Of a stretch of 64,000 nt of DNA, positions 11,633-26,962 are shown in pieces. The notes under the pieces were generated by a model. The model saw only the letters and a list, made by a program, of their open reading frames with translations, ran no database searches and was not told the DNA's origin. Position 1 is the stretch's first letter; every line of letters starts with the position of its first letter. A program made the translations under genes and the position numbers. This stretch comes from Schmidtea polychroa (taxonomy: Eukaryota): positions 22,818,001 through 22,882,000 of the forward strand of contig CM097885.1 in NCBI GenBank assembly GCA_044892525.1. The letters are read 5' to 3'.

Positions 11633-13457
11633 CAAATTGACAAATTTTAATTAAAAATTTACCGAATTCACTTGAGATCACAACAGAATAACAGTCAATT
11701 CCAAATGTACAAAATGATATTTGTCCCAATGGGATATCAACTTTGGAACATACAAAATTAATTTCTCAATTTGGTTACATTTTTTACACTCAACTTCCAA
11801 TCTCCTTTCTCAGGTCTTTTATCAATGTTTTCCCTAAAAACGCTGATTTTGCACTGTGTAATTATCATTTTGTTTTCATGGCCATTTACTATATAAAATT
11901 ATTTAGTTTTCAATGTTTGCAATTCTTTATCTCTAGCAATTTCTTTAATTGTTTTGTTTTACCAGACTTTGTGCTAATTAATTAATTTAGTTTCCCTCGC
12001 ATTTTTATCTTAATTTATTAATTAATCATTTCGTTTTTATCAATTTATTCACAATTTTTCAATTATCCCTCTATATTTCGCTTCTCAATAATTAATAATT
12101 ATGTTCCAATTTATAATCTATTTGTATTCATCATTAATTTTAATTAATTCAATTATTAACACTTGGACATTCACAACAATACTATTTAGGAAACAGCTAC
12201 TTAACCAAATGTTTTAAGCCCTTTAGCAGCAGGTTTAAATAAATATAAACAATATATTTGTATAAGAAATAAAATAAAATTTAAAACTATTTTTTTTCAT
12301 TTTTTAAATAAAGATAATATTACAATTTAAATAATTACAATAAATAATTACAATAAATAATTACAATTTATTATCATATTAATAATTATTATAATATAAC
12401 AGTAAATTATGAAAATGGAGTTAAATAAAATTAAACAAATAATTTATTAAGGTAAACAAATTACTAAATTATATAAATGTTATCTTGGAACTGATAAATT
12501 ACTTGTAGATGTTAAACTTTATTTTACAAACAAATAATTTTTTAAATGAATGGAATTTTTATGAATAGTTAGAATTAAAATTCTGAATTTATCCAAAAAT
12601 CTATTAAAATTATTTACACGCAATTTTCTTTTCAAGGTTTGGATTTTATTATTTGATGAATTTAGATAACTTTTTTGTTTTTCAGGTTTGTTTAAATTTA
12701 TAAAATTTATTAATTTGAATTTTTATATTTCACTTTTTTTGACTTTTTTATAAATAATAATAATATTTAGAAGATTTAAAAAGTTTTAAAAGATAAGAGT
12801 ATTTTTAAATTTTTCATATTTTTATTTACTTATAAAACAAATTAGTTTTATTTCAAATACATAATGACAAGCATGACCATTATCCAGTCTTTTAAACCAG
12901 TGATGAGCAACTTTTTTTATATAGGGTCAAATTAAAAAGAATCCACTCGACATAGCCTTACTTAGAGGGCTTTAAAATTTTAATTAAAGAAATGATATTT
13001 ACTTCTGAAAATTAAATTAAAATTACAAAGATTTTGTTTTAAACAACCACAAAATTGAGGATTATTTAAAGATAATTTTTTCAACACTTGGAAAATACAA
13101 AAACAAAAATCTCCCGGCCTAAAATTCATTGTTGTATTTTTATTTAAGAAATTTATTTTTAAATTTTCTCATTTCAGATGATTTCATAAAATATTTAATC
13201 TTTATTTTTTTTATCTCAAAAATAATTAAATTATTTTCGTTTCCTAATCCAACAGAAATTTGCTTTAATAATGAAAAAATATATAGAACTTATAAAATTT
13301 GTTTCGACGGTTTTCAGCAAAAAATAACAAATTAAAGTTATATATAATGAAATTTGTCAATCATTTAAATGAACAAAACATGTTTTGATAATGCGCATAT
13401 TACAGATAATTAATTAATAATTTTAATTACTTCACATTAATAATAATAATAATAATG

Positions 13458-13547
<90 letters not shown>

Positions 13548-13571
13548 TTAATAATAATAATAATATAATAA

Positions 13572-13829
<258 letters not shown>

Positions 13830-14403
13830 TAAATTAAATTGTCTAAATATATCAAACATAAATAAATACATAAATATTGCGATTGTAAATTTTTTTTAAA
13901 TATTTTTGCGACTCGTAAATTTTTCTGCTATTATAAAATGTGAAGAGGTCTTGTAGAAGTAATGAAATAAAATATCGAATTTCAATTGATAAAAAATTAT
14001 TTCGACTTTAGAAAATGAAAATCCTAAATAGTGAAAAAGAAAGTCTTATGAGCATTTACAAATCTGAATGGAAATAAAAAAAAGAAAATATATAATTACA
14101 AAAAGATTCTAAAAAATACTTTTAGAGATCTCACAAGGCATGACAAGGCATGAGGCTCAATGACTTTCCATTGTGATTTTTATTATTAAACCTATCCAAA
14201 CAAAATACTTTTCAATTGAGACTAATGAAAGAGTAAATGTAAAACGAAATGCAATTTGGAAAATAACTGGAAAATGCGCCGGAAAAATTAAAAATAGATT
14301 TTTTCATAGAATGTTTCAATGTATAAAGGAACTAGAAGGATTGTAGTAAAAATATTATTCCTCAGTTGATTTTGAGTATATGTTTACTACAATATTTGAT
14401 ATT

Positions 14404-14495
14404 GTATTTATTAAAAACTTGACTATGAATCAGTAAATATATCAAAAAAACATCGATATCTTTACTGATTCATAGTCAAGCTTTTTAATAAATAC
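14404..14495. repeat. Hairpin / tiny foldback MITE with ~40 bp arms
   Basis: gtatttattaaaaa-cttgactatgaatcagtaaatatatc pairs with gatatctttactgattcatagtcaagctttttaataaatac. Single-arm copies occur at ~17520-17565 and ~25778-25810. Confidence 0.8.
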
Positions 14496-15636
14496 TATGT
14501 CAATTGAAAAGAAATCGGTGGTGAAAATTGAAAAAAGTTCTTATAATACTATAATATTTGAGATATTAAAATGCATCTTTATAAAATAGTTTTTTTTATT
14601 TTGTTATATTTTTTTAAAATTTTTATTCTTTTCTCTGTTTTTTGTTTATATTACAATGTTTATGTGATGTAAAAGAGCCATGTATCTCATAGATGCACTT
14701 CTCGCACCGCAGGATTGTCACCTTGAAACATTTACTCTTGTTTTATTTTAATGATTCAGTAAAAACATTGAGTTAGTTGAGTAAAATTTCCATAACTAAT
14801 ATTAAAATTTGCCCAAGAAAAATGAACACATTTTAGATTTAATTAACAGCTTTATGGAATTTTCAGATTTGTTTTAATTTCCAATTGACTCAATATCGAG
14901 CTCTCAATAGTTTTCCTTCCTATTTCAATTACATAAATCAAATTTCCCTTCACAACAATACCAAATCATTGTAAATAAATACATGGCAAACAGCAGTCCC
15001 GTTTCGATGTACAAAATTGCAAAACATTAGAACATAGTTCTGTCAATATTCTTTAGAAATAAAACATGAAAATCTACACTCGAAAAAGTCAAATAAAAGT
15101 CAATAAACATTATTTTTTCTTTAAATCTAATTCAATGCTTTTTTTATTAAATGATCATGGAACTGATAATTTCACCGATTTAACACGGTAATAACATTAT
15201 TGGAAATGCCATTAGTTTTTGGAGATCATTCAAAAAAGTTATCAAATAATAATTTATTCTTCAAAACTTTAACTTTTTTGACTTTGTGCGATAAATACGC
15301 TCCCCAAAAACCTTTAAAATAAATTCTGTTTCCATAGGAATATAGGCGATTGATTTCGGATTCTAAAAATCAGTGAAAATACAGATAAAAGTAAACAAGT
15401 TTTTCGTTTTTATATGCTTACATGCATTTTATCTTTCAAAAGCATTTGATAAATATTTATGAAAAAATAATTTGGAAAATCTTGTAAAAAAAACATAAAA
15501 CCATTAATTAATTAATTAAAATATACGATCCATTAAAACAAAACCTTATTAAACTTGTAGACATATCTATCAATAAAATCATTTATATAGTTTCATTAAT
15601 TCTAATTTTAAACTATAATTATATAAATAATTAAAT

Positions 15637-16464
15637 ATAGAATATAATATGGAATTTAATGTAGAATTTAATATAGAATTTAATATAGAATTTAATATAG
15701 AATTTAATATAGAATTTAATATAGAATTTAATATAGAATTTAATATAGAATTTAATATAGAATTTAATATAGAATTTAATATAGAATTTAATATAGAATT
15801 TAATATAGAATTTAATATAGAATTTAATATAGAATTTAATATAGAATTTAATATAGAATTTAATATAGAATTTAATATAGAATTTAATATAGAATTTAAT
15901 ATAGAATTTAATATAGAATTTAATATAGAATTTAATATAGAATTTAATATAGAATTTAATATAGAATTTAATATAGAATTTAATATAGAATTTAATATAG
16001 AATTTAATATAGAATTTAATATAGAATTTAATATAGAATTTAATATAGAATTTAATATAGAATTTAATATAGAATTTAATATAGAATTTAATATAGAATT
16101 TAATATAGAATTTAATATAGAATTTAATATAGAATTTAATATAGAATTTAATATAGAATTTAATATAGAATTTAATATAGAATTTAATATAGAATTTAAT
16201 ATAGAATTTTATATAGAATTTAATATAGAATTTAATATAGAATTTAATATAGAATTTAATATAGAATTTAATATAGAATTTAATATAGAATTTAATATAG
16301 AATTTAATATAGAATTTAATATAGAATTTTATATAGAATTTTATATAGAATTTTATATAGAATTTTATATAGAATTTTATATAGAATTTTATATAGAATT
16401 TTATATAGAATTTTATATAGAATTTTATATAGAATTTTTTATAGAATTTTATATAGAATTTTAT
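15637..16464. repeat. 12 bp minisatellite (ATAGAATTTAAT) x69
   Basis: Exact 12 bp period over 828 bp; variant ATAGAATTTTAT at 16201 and from 16321 to the end. Confidence 0.98.
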
Positions 16465-16628
16465 ATACATAATTATTCCTAAAACAGAATAGTGGAAAGT
16501 ATGTAATCGTTCGTTATCATTTATATGCCCCGCGTAAGACGAATATAGAGTAGAATAATTGAGAGAGAAGATAGTACTATCCGATTAATTAAACGTTCTT
16601 CAAAAACGACACTTACGGGGATCCGTTT

Positions 16629-16778
<150 letters not shown>

Positions 16779-19380
16779 ACTAAATGCATACAAAAAGATA
16801 AGTAATATTAACTTTATCCAAAAATTTAACAAATACATTTATATAATTCTAAAAACCTCTAAATATTATTTTTGTTTTAAATGTACATGTTTATATTAAT
16901 AAGAATGCAGAAAAAGACATAATTAAAAATCTTCCCGGTTAAAAGCTTTTTCAATACATTTTCTCATATATTTTAAGAATTCATGAAAACTGTAATTATT
17001 ATCAAGTGATATTTTTCTAATTATTGGTGGAAATTTCTAATTAATTCTTCATTTTTTATTGCCTGTAATAATGGGATTTCAAAAGTTCCTCAATCGGATT
17101 AATTTGAGATGAATATAGTGGTAAATTCTAAAATAAAAAGTAATTAAATGTTCTGGAAGATTTATGGACCCTCGAATTTTTCATTGTGGTTTTCTTTTCA
17201 TTAGATGTTATTTAATTTTTAAAGAATTCTTATAAAAATTGAACAAGCTACATGGAATCTAACGACTCATGTTTAATCGTTTAATAAAATTCCCCATTGA
17301 TCTATTTTTATTTCTTTTATTTTCATCTTTCTAGACCATCAATTAATATTTTGTTTTATATTTAACACTGAATTTCGACTTTATTTTATTTTGAATGACA
17401 CTTAAAAAGATAGTACCGAAAATTCATGTTAAATAAAGATATTAGTCAATGTTTTATTTTAAATCAAAACAAAGTCGCTTGAAAAAAGCAGTGCCGAAAA
17501 TTTGTGAGTATCTAGAAAACATTGATATATTTACTGATTTATAGTCAAGTATTTTAATAAATAAAATGTCATTTTTGTATTCCTTGTATAGTTTGTAAAT
17601 TTTTCAAAGTTTAAGTCTTTCCATTTCTCCCTAATTTAGTTGCTTTGCATAAATCTTCTTCCAGCATAAATGAGAAATACAAAAATACATAATATATTAT
17701 TACCACTACATATTATTAGCAAATAAATTTTGTTATATCTTATTTTAATGAATTTTATTTTATTTAATTGCTAAACTCAGTTTCAAAAAGAAACAGGGAT
17801 TTTTAAAAATACTTTTATTAATTAAGTAATAGTTTTAAAAATGAAATTAGTTTGTTTTAATTCATCAGACTTTTTATTTATCATCAAATAAACATTTGAC
17901 TGATGACGAAAAAAATATTTATTATATCAACTTCATCTTCTCATTTTATATTGCATAATATATTATTATGCAACCTGATATATTGTTTTAATTAATAATT
18001 TTAAAAAATGAAAATATGTAAAATAATTGCCGAAAAATGGTATTTTACGAAGAAATTTGTTAAAAGATTTCCAGTCCTCATTAACTTTGACAACGAAAAC
18101 ATATTTATTTAAACAAAATATAAAAATAACAATCAAAATAATTGTTTCCGTTTAATTAAGACAAGAATATAGAAGAATCAATAAATAATTAGGAAAAAAT
18201 GTAACAGAAAATGCAGTCGAAGTGATTTATAGAAAAAATCTCAAATGATAAAAAAATAATTGTGAAATAATTATAAAAAGATCGGATTAAATAAAAAAAT
18301 ATCTCAGGACTGAAATAATGAAAATTATTTTCTAATTAAAACAATATAAAATATTTGCATGAAATACTGAAAGAAAATATTTTTAGGTAATAAATAAATT
18401 TATTTTATCATGTAACATGTAGATTTATAATTTATATTTAATTATAATTATGTAATAATATTATATTTATTTTAATAATTAGTAATTGCGTTAGGATAAC
18501 CAGCGATTTTTGCGTTTAAATAAAATAATTATTTTAATATTAACAAGCCTTTTATGCAAATTTAAAATTCAAACTTGCAGTAAATTTATAAGGATTCTTT
18601 AAATTAATCAAGAAATAAATTGCATTTACAAATATTAAATATTTTTTTAAAAAACTGTAAAGTTTGAATATTTCATATTTGTAAATGTAAATTATTTATT
18701 TCTAAAATTGATAAATTTCTTTTTTTTTGATTTTCTCGCCATGGGCAAATTGTCTATTCGTTACTGTTGATGAAGTGATACAGTGGTATAGCAATACAAA
18801 ATATTTTTATTATTAATGGTATATAGGGAAATTTTTATTAATTCTTAAGCTATGAGGAATACTTCTGTATTTTAGGGGTAAAGAGATATAAAATTTACAT
18901 ATGTATAATAAATAACTATATATGGTTCGTGATATAATGGCCTTCATGGGATTAAAGAAAACTTGTGGAGGTTATAGGAGTCATACATATTTGTATGGTA
19001 AAATTATGGCAATTAAATTTATTACTGATTTAGTATCACAAACATAGGAGATCTGGATTTTATAAATAATATTTTTTAAATAAACCGTTAAACTTATATT
19101 TTTGAGTATAAAAATTTGGAAATGGAAGGTTAATATTATTTCTTATAGAAAAGAAAAAAAAGCTAGAGGGTCAAATTGTTTTGATGATTTATTAGGAGAT
19201 AGGATTATTCAAAAAAATGTAAAATGTACGTGGATGATATGAAATGCAGCAAAACAAAAAAGTTATTATTTTTTAATTTTATTTTAAAAAATGAATATGT
19301 TAAAACTAACATAGTTTATAAAACTCTCTATATATCACTCTTTTATATTTTCTCAAAATTAAAATTTCAATATGCGTGCT

Positions 19381-19527
19381 CAGGGCTGGACTGAAAACAT
19401 ATTTAGGCCCGAGAAATATCGTTGACGTAGGCCCACAATATTAAATTTAAGAAAACAAAATTTCGAAAAAGTAAATTACGGCCCACCGGTGATATTCCAG
19501 GTATCCCGGTGGCCCAGTCCAACACTG
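19381..19527. mobile_element. hAT-type MITE (147 bp) in the nkx1 intron
   Basis: TIRs CAGGGCTGGACTG / CAGTGTTGGACTG (11/13 match); perfect 8 bp TSD TGCGTGCT at 19373-19380 and 19528-19535. Confidence 0.9.
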
Positions 19528-19714
19528 TGCGTGCTCAATGCTATGAAATATTTAATATTACGCAAAATCACCTAATTAAGAAATTACTTTGAAAAGAACA
19601 TTTTATTAATATTTTTATTAATATTCAATTAGCCAATGGTGAAAATATTTAAAAAATTCACAAAATCGTTAAAATTTAAAATTTACGAGGTTAAGCATTG
19701 GGATAGGTAACCAA

Positions 19715-19920
19715 ATTAAAATTTTCAAAAACGTTAATTATAGTACCTTCGATCAATCTGAAATTATGAAATAATACATTGTTCTCCACGAGGAATCTAT
19801 CTAGCAAATTTCAACTCGCTCCGATCACGAAAAGTGGGTTAATTTGCCGTCGCAAGATTTGCGTGACTCATATAAACATTCAAACATATATACAAAAGTG
19901 AAATTAATATAGAGAGAGTA
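19715..19920 (+). repeat. Dispersed repeat, DINE-1/Helentron-like non-autonomous element (second copy ~29580-29770)
   Basis: Both copies share gatc(a/g)atctgaaatt...gaatcta...cgatca...ttgcgtg...aaacatt...ttaatatagagagagta. The family assignment is inference. Confidence 0.55.
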
Positions 19921-20244
19921 CAAATATGACAAAAATCAGTTAAACAAATTTAACTAATATTGGATAAAAATTGTAAGGGTTTAATTTCAGGTTTACGGCA
20001 TCAACATGGAAATTTAACTATAAAATAAACTGAAAAAAATTTTTTTAAATGATATCACAAATGGAGTTAAAACTTTTATTGGATAATTTGCATTCTTTAT
20101 AAGAAAATTTAAAAGCCATTTAAGAAACATAGGTAATGAGAAAGTTTGAGTTAAGAACACTAATATTTATTTTTAAATTTAAACAACAGAAATAATGTAT
20201 GCCGCTATTAATAAATCTATTTTATTGAATTTATTAATTATCAG

Positions 20245-20661
20245 GTGAAAATTTGGTTTCAAAATCGACGAACGAAATGGAAAAAACAAAATCCCGGCTC
20301 AGATGTCCATCATTATCAAAACTCATCGAAAAAAACCGAACTCTCATTGCCTCAAAGACCGTCGTCAAAAAATGAGAAAAACTGTTCATTCGGATTCGTG
20401 AATGAAAGAAACAATAAAAGCAAACCACGAACGAATTCCACGACGAGCAATCCAGCATCACTCCACGAATCCTCACCAACGCCTCTCCATCAGGGAATTT
20501 ATCAATATCCATTTTATAAAAATACATATGATTCGACTCACTGGTTAAATTCTGCAACTACTAATCCCTATAATTGGGTGTCATCAGGAATATCAAATTT
20601 TCAGAACTGTCCAGGTGTATCATACTCAGATCTTTTGTTGAATTACTCAAACATTATGTAA
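20245..20661 (+). CDS. nkx1: NK1/slouch-class homeobox gene, terminal exon
   Basis: Acceptor tcag|GTG; VKIWFQNRRTKWKKQNPG completes the NK1 homeodomain across a phase-0 intron (13803-20244). Stop at 20659-20661; AATAAA at ~20766. Confidence 0.95.
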   Translation: MKIWFQNRRTKWKKQNPGSDVHHYQNSSKKTELSLPQRPSSKNEKNCSFGFVNERNNKSKPRTNSTTSNPASLHESSPTPLHQGIYQYPFYKNTYDSTHWLNSATTNPYNWVSSGISNFQNCPGVSYSDLLLNYSNIM

Positions 20662-21042
20662 CTTTCTTTATTGAAAATCTGTAATAATTTGATTTTGTTA
20701 ATTAAAATATTGATTTTGCACTTTTGGAATTAAATATAATTACTAATATTAAATTAATAATTACGAATAAATAAAACTCAAATTTAAAATAATTTTTTAA
20801 ATATTTTTAAATTCTAATTAATTTAATTCAAACAAAAATCTAATTTATTTGTCATAATTAAACTTGCATTTTGTGTTTAGTAATTTCATTAGTTATGCGG
20901 ATACATTAAGTGTGTTGCGATATTTAATACAATTTCTAATGTCAGACTATTAAATTACTTAACATTACGTTTTTCTTGAATCGGATAAAAAAGGTTTGAA
21001 TGAATTTCACCAAATGTTCAGCCAGAAAAAAATAAATTTTAA

Positions 21043-22103
21043 CACATTCACCGCTAGGTACAAGATAACTCATACCTTAGCTCATTTTTATAATATAAAC
21101 CCTGGTGACAATTTTCATCGAAGATTCTGCGATATCCGTTCGCAAAGATACATTAACTTGGATCTAAATGTCTTTTAGATTATCATTACCAAATCCATCG
21201 TGAATTAGAACTTTGATTTTGTTTTTGAGCGTTTTTGACATCTTTTTAATATCCTATTTCAAATACCTTTCTGCTTCATCAACAGGTTTAGTCACCCAAT
21301 GATCTTTTTTAATCAATAAATCTTCTTCAGTCTCTTCTATTTCAAAAAGTACAGTTTCAGGTGCAATTTCTTCGGGTTTAACTGGGCTATTGCTTGAAAT
21401 GTCATCATTAGTTTGAATTTCATTGTCTTCGCTGTCTCAGTATTCAATTAAACTTTTCATGTCAATATTTGTTTGATTGTTATCGTTTTCCGATTCTAAT
21501 TCTTGTGATTCTTTTGGCCTATTCCTCAAACTTTCTTTAGTGCCTTAATTAAAATAAAAAGGAAAGTTTGTTCTAGAATCTATTTCCTCAATCCATTCAG
21601 ATTTGGGTTCACAACTATAATCTTCTGAAAATACTTATGAATGAGCAATACATTCAGTATCTGCAAAAAATTCCTTTATAACTAATTCCATTAAACAATT
21701 TTCGATATAATCGAATAACTAATTCCAACGAAAAAAATTTTTATTATTCACTACAATTTAAATTTACAACAAATCCACTTTAAAGAAACTAAAAATCCTG
21801 AAACCAAAATAAAAAATAATTCCAGTAAACTCTAATTAAATTTCGAGAACCTCGCGTCTGTCTGCGGACACAGCACCCAACCAGCCAAAACCTTAGCAAA
21901 GCACACACAGACGCGACAACAACTAACAGAACCAAATACCTCGTTAGTTGGTAATCATTTTATTGTCGTATATGTAACAGCCTACTATAGTAGCAATAGT
22001 TTTTATTGAAAATTTAGTAGCAAAAGTTTGAAAAATCTAAAATTTATTTAAAATTTACAATTTTCTGTGTCGTAGAGATAAAAATATACTAGCGGCCAAT
22101 GTG
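21043..22103. mobile_element. Non-autonomous piggyBac-like element
   Basis: TTAA on both sides (21039-21042, 22104-22107); TIRs CACATTCACCGCTAG / CACATTGGCCGCTAG (13/15 match); interior has no intact ORF. Confidence 0.7.
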
Positions 22104-23559
22104 TTAACTGAAAAATATTTAAGGTTGATAATTTCTTAAGTTGTAATTTTAGAAGTCCAAAAGTTATGAAAAACTGTCAGATATAATTATAATACTGATG
22201 AGCATTTTCATTATATTAGAAAAGAGAAACCATAGCACATCTCTTAATATATATATATATATTTTGACTTTCTGTAAATTTTTATTTCCAAAGGTTTCAT
22301 GAAGGTAAAGGTAGCAATAAATTAAATTATTAAGTAATACATAAACAAAAATGTTATTAAAAAAATTTAGAGTGTGTTAAAAAATAAAAATATCAATAAA
22401 ATATTTAATTTCTTTAATTTTTTAATGATATTTTATTTATTTTCATTCTAAGTTAAAATCGAAAATTAATTTTATGAAATACTAATGTTATAATAATTAA
22501 TATAAAACATTAATAACACTTGATAAAGCAAAGCCGAAAAATTGTATTGCATAGAAAGACAATTTTGATCTTTTGTCACAATGAAAATAATGAAAATAAA
22601 AAAAATTAATTTCCTTCTCGGTACATTCTAATTATATCTGGATTTTAAAAAACTTACCCATTCCTGAAAATAATGCTTTGAAAATAAAAAAAATTTTACT
22701 CTCCAAAAAAATATTTTTAAAAAATTTTGAAATTTTAATAATTGATTGATTTCAAATTCTAATAGTTTCGTCACAGAATTTTTGAATTTGCCAGCATCTG
22801 AACTCGCCGAATATTCAATAACAACCGATTTAAACAAAATCTATTTCATCTGAATTATCGACCTGCTTTATTGATTTTATTGTTTTACAGAATTAAAACA
22901 AAAATCTAAATTTAAAATTTGGTCGTTAAAAAAAATTCTGAAAATTTTCAAGAGAAATTTCGAGAGTCAATTTCTCTAAATTAATTGCTATAGAATTCAT
23001 CTTTGAAAATGATATCGAGAGGTAGTAATTATAAATTATTGCGAAAAAAAATCGTGAATAATGCCACGTAGAAATTGAATAGAAATCAAATGAATAAGGA
23101 TATGATATAACAGTTATGCAAATGTATTATCAATCAGTTTTTTTTGTTTAAATCTAACTTGAATTTTGCTGTATTTTCCTTCGGAGATTCAAACACCTGA
23201 GTCAACCCTACTGGGCGTTGGAAACGGGATATTATTATGAATTTAATATTATTTCGAAGGAAAAGTTTTTTGGTGAATACTGGATAATTTCCTTGATTAT
23301 TTATATTTTTCGGTGAGAAATTCATTATTACACGGAATTGAAATACTTACTCACCTAATCGTGGATTTTGAATTATTTTAATTAAAACGTAAAAAAGTAA
23401 AATAAAAGAATTTATAAATTAACAAAAATTAAAGTAAAAAATATTAATTAATCAGTAATTTAAACAAATAATTAATTCCGATTGATTTTATTATTTCAAA
23501 ATTTCAATTAAACTTTCCAATCCACAAGGACCTTTTTCTTAATTGAAATGAACATACGT

Positions 23560-24317
23560 TATGTTTGCAATATATAGTTGCCAAAGAGTCGCCTGCCCGA
23601 TACCTTTGCCTTTAAAGAGTTCTTCAAATCCGGTGATCATTCCAGAAATTTATTGTACCATTTTGAATGAACATTTACCTACGGTTTCCAACATAATGAC
23701 ACCTTGTTATTCAAAGAAAAGTGTCTTTCGTTATTGAAAACAAAACTAAAAAACAAGAAACCCTAGAAAACTTTAAAACACGGTTTTTACAAAACGGATA
23801 CTTAAAGGACTTCGTAGAAAAATACTTTTTGAGTGAATATAACTCAAATAGGCATAATACGCAAAAGGAACATGTCAATAAGCCAATAATATATCTACGC
23901 TTCCATTTTTTAAACAATAGTACATGTAATACAATCAGATCTTACATTCGCAATATGGAGTTGCCAGTTCATATCCGCACAATTTTTACAACCGCTGCAC
24001 CTTTGAAATCACAGCTTTATAAGTCTCTAAAATCTCTAACAACACCTATTTCATCGAGATTGTATATGCCAATCCTCCACCAAATGTTTCTGCTTCTTAA
24101 AAACATTGTATACCAAATTACTTGCACAAGTTGTGACGCATCGTACATAGGCGAAACACATAGAACGTTCCAACGCCGGAAAAAAATGCACAAATCAGCA
24201 CCACTCTTACACGAAACAAAATGCAAAATGTTACAAAATCATTTATCTTCGACCAATCTTCAAAATAAAATTAATCAATTTAATGTAAAAAAAATTCCGA
24301 CAATTTCTTTTAACTGA
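23560..24317 (+). mobile_element. Penelope-like retroelement 3' fragment (GIY-YIG)
   Basis: ORF 23721-24317 carries LQNGY (post-RT) and NIVYQITCTSCDASYIGETHRTFQRR. Confidence 0.85.
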
Positions 24318-25023
24318 TTAAAATTGTCCAAAAAATACTTTTAATATATTCGTTCAATTTACAGTGGAAATGACACAATATAAGTTATAAAATCTCATAA
24401 TATTTCATATTAGTTTAAACAAAAAACTGAAATTAATTCATTGTAAAATTCATCATTCTCAATAAGGATAATTTACGTGTTGAACCTAAAATCCAGTGAT
24501 GTGACCAAGCAGAACCATACTGACAGAAATGGGGAATGAAATGTCTTCCTTATTTATTTGCCTCGAATTGAGTCGAGTCTAATTAACTAATTAAAATCAC
24601 GGTTTAATTGTTATTTGAAATAGAGGAAGTCGCCCGAAGCGCTCAAATATAAGCTGCTTTATTAGGCCGAGGAAAATTGTGATTATGTTCAGTATAATAT
24701 TGCCTAATTCAGCTTACTTGTCTAATCGGCTAATAACATTACCTTTTACGATTCTCTTTCTCTTCTACATATCATTACGACAAAACAACATGATAAATTA
24801 ACGTGAAATTAAAATCTTAACAATTTGTTATGAACATCACAATAGCAATCATTGTTGCTGTTATTATTATAACTATTATGTAAATTATAATGATAATAGC
24901 AATACAATTCCGATATCTTTAATTAAACTCTTTCTGTGAAGAATTTCTGCGATAATTATCCTCCGTAAGTAAAGAACATTTCTAGTTATCATATCAATTA
25001 CTGTCGACAATGTATTTCTAGTA

Positions 25024-25192
<169 letters not shown>

Positions 25193-25631
25193 GTATTAGT
25201 ATTAGTATTATTATTAGTATTATTATTATTAGTATTATTATTATCATAATAATTAGCATTACTAATATAATTATTACAAGTAATTTTACAATAATTCTAT
25301 GTTAATAAATATCTATGAAATCAAATTGCTAAGAAGAAATAAATATAGGAGTTTCCTAGCTAATTTTGTAATTAATAAAATATAATTTTTACTAATAAGT
25401 TATCTGATTAAAACAATTGATAATATAAGCAGAAATATTGCGAAAATTAATTATTTATTAATAATGCATACTTTATTTTAACCATGTGTAATTAACAATA
25501 TATAGTAAAATGAAACGTCGTAATTATAGTAATAGTAGTAATACTAGTATCAGGAAAAATAAATAAAGTAAATAATGTAGATAATAACAATAATAATAAT
25601 AAACTTTAAAATAACTTGTCAATTGCCAAAT

Positions 25632-25663
<32 letters not shown>

Positions 25664-26640
25664 CGCGTGTGTGTGGCATTGTGATTATATCGTTAATGCC
25701 TCACTTAAAAATCTTTCCCGGTTATTATTAAAATATTATAAGAACGTGTTCTCTTCCATTCGTGAGTATCAACATACATCGATATATTACTGATTTATAG
25801 TCTTCAAGCTCTCTTTTTAATATTATTAAAGTTTTTATTTAAAATTTTAATATATTTTTAATCAGTTGTTACTTTACACATCTTCCTATGATTAATAATA
25901 TGAATCATGCCTTTCAATCGGCTATGCTCTTGAACCCGTGTCTTTACAATTTATATTGCATTGCACCCAATAAATAAATTTCATGACTGAAAACTTTAAA
26001 ATGTTAAGAACTTCTAAATATGGAACAACTAAAACATGAGATTTTAAAGCTACAACATCATTAAATGAACTATTATTTTAGTTGTTTTCATGAAGTTCAA
26101 TCAAAGGGTGGTCAATGGTTTCCTAAGTCAATCTTTCTATAAAACTTTTTGAATAGCCATTTTTATTCACAAAAAACTTTTATTAGATTTTTTAAACATA
26201 GAAGATATGACCACGATTTAAAAATAAATCCCTTAATCAAATTTTTATTAAATTAAAAGTAACAAAAGCTATTAGAGGAAGTGTATAGGCCTTTATACGT
26301 TGGCTTTCTATATATTTCTGTTTCAAAACTTTTAACCGTTCTTTCCAATGACAAATCAAACAAAAGTAGAAAAGAATTAACTTGGGACATTATCAGAACT
26401 AAAAAATACTAAAAAACATATCATCAACATAATATTTATATATCTTATGCTTTACAAAAAGAAAATCGGAAATCTTTTTTTCTAATTTTTAAAGATCAAA
26501 AGTTAATCAAATAGCTATATATTAATAAATATGTATTTATTAGGCCAGATATGATAGTAAAATATCTATAGTTCATATAAGGAATTTCTCACCAAAAAGC
26601 TAATTTATAATAATAGTATTAATAATAATAAAAATAATAA

Positions 26641-26775
<135 letters not shown>

Positions 26776-26877
26776 GGACTATCTTATAGTCGAAAATGCT
26801 TTCATTAAATACATTATTTGCAGCAAAAGGCTTAAATTATCATTTTATTGTTTTAAATAATAAAAGCAATCATCATT

Positions 26878-26962
<85 letters not shown>

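Noticed and set aside
15631..16482. 279 aa and 277 aa ORFs (IKFY)n / (IEFN)n
   Set aside because: Artefacts of a stop-free 12 bp satellite inside an intron.
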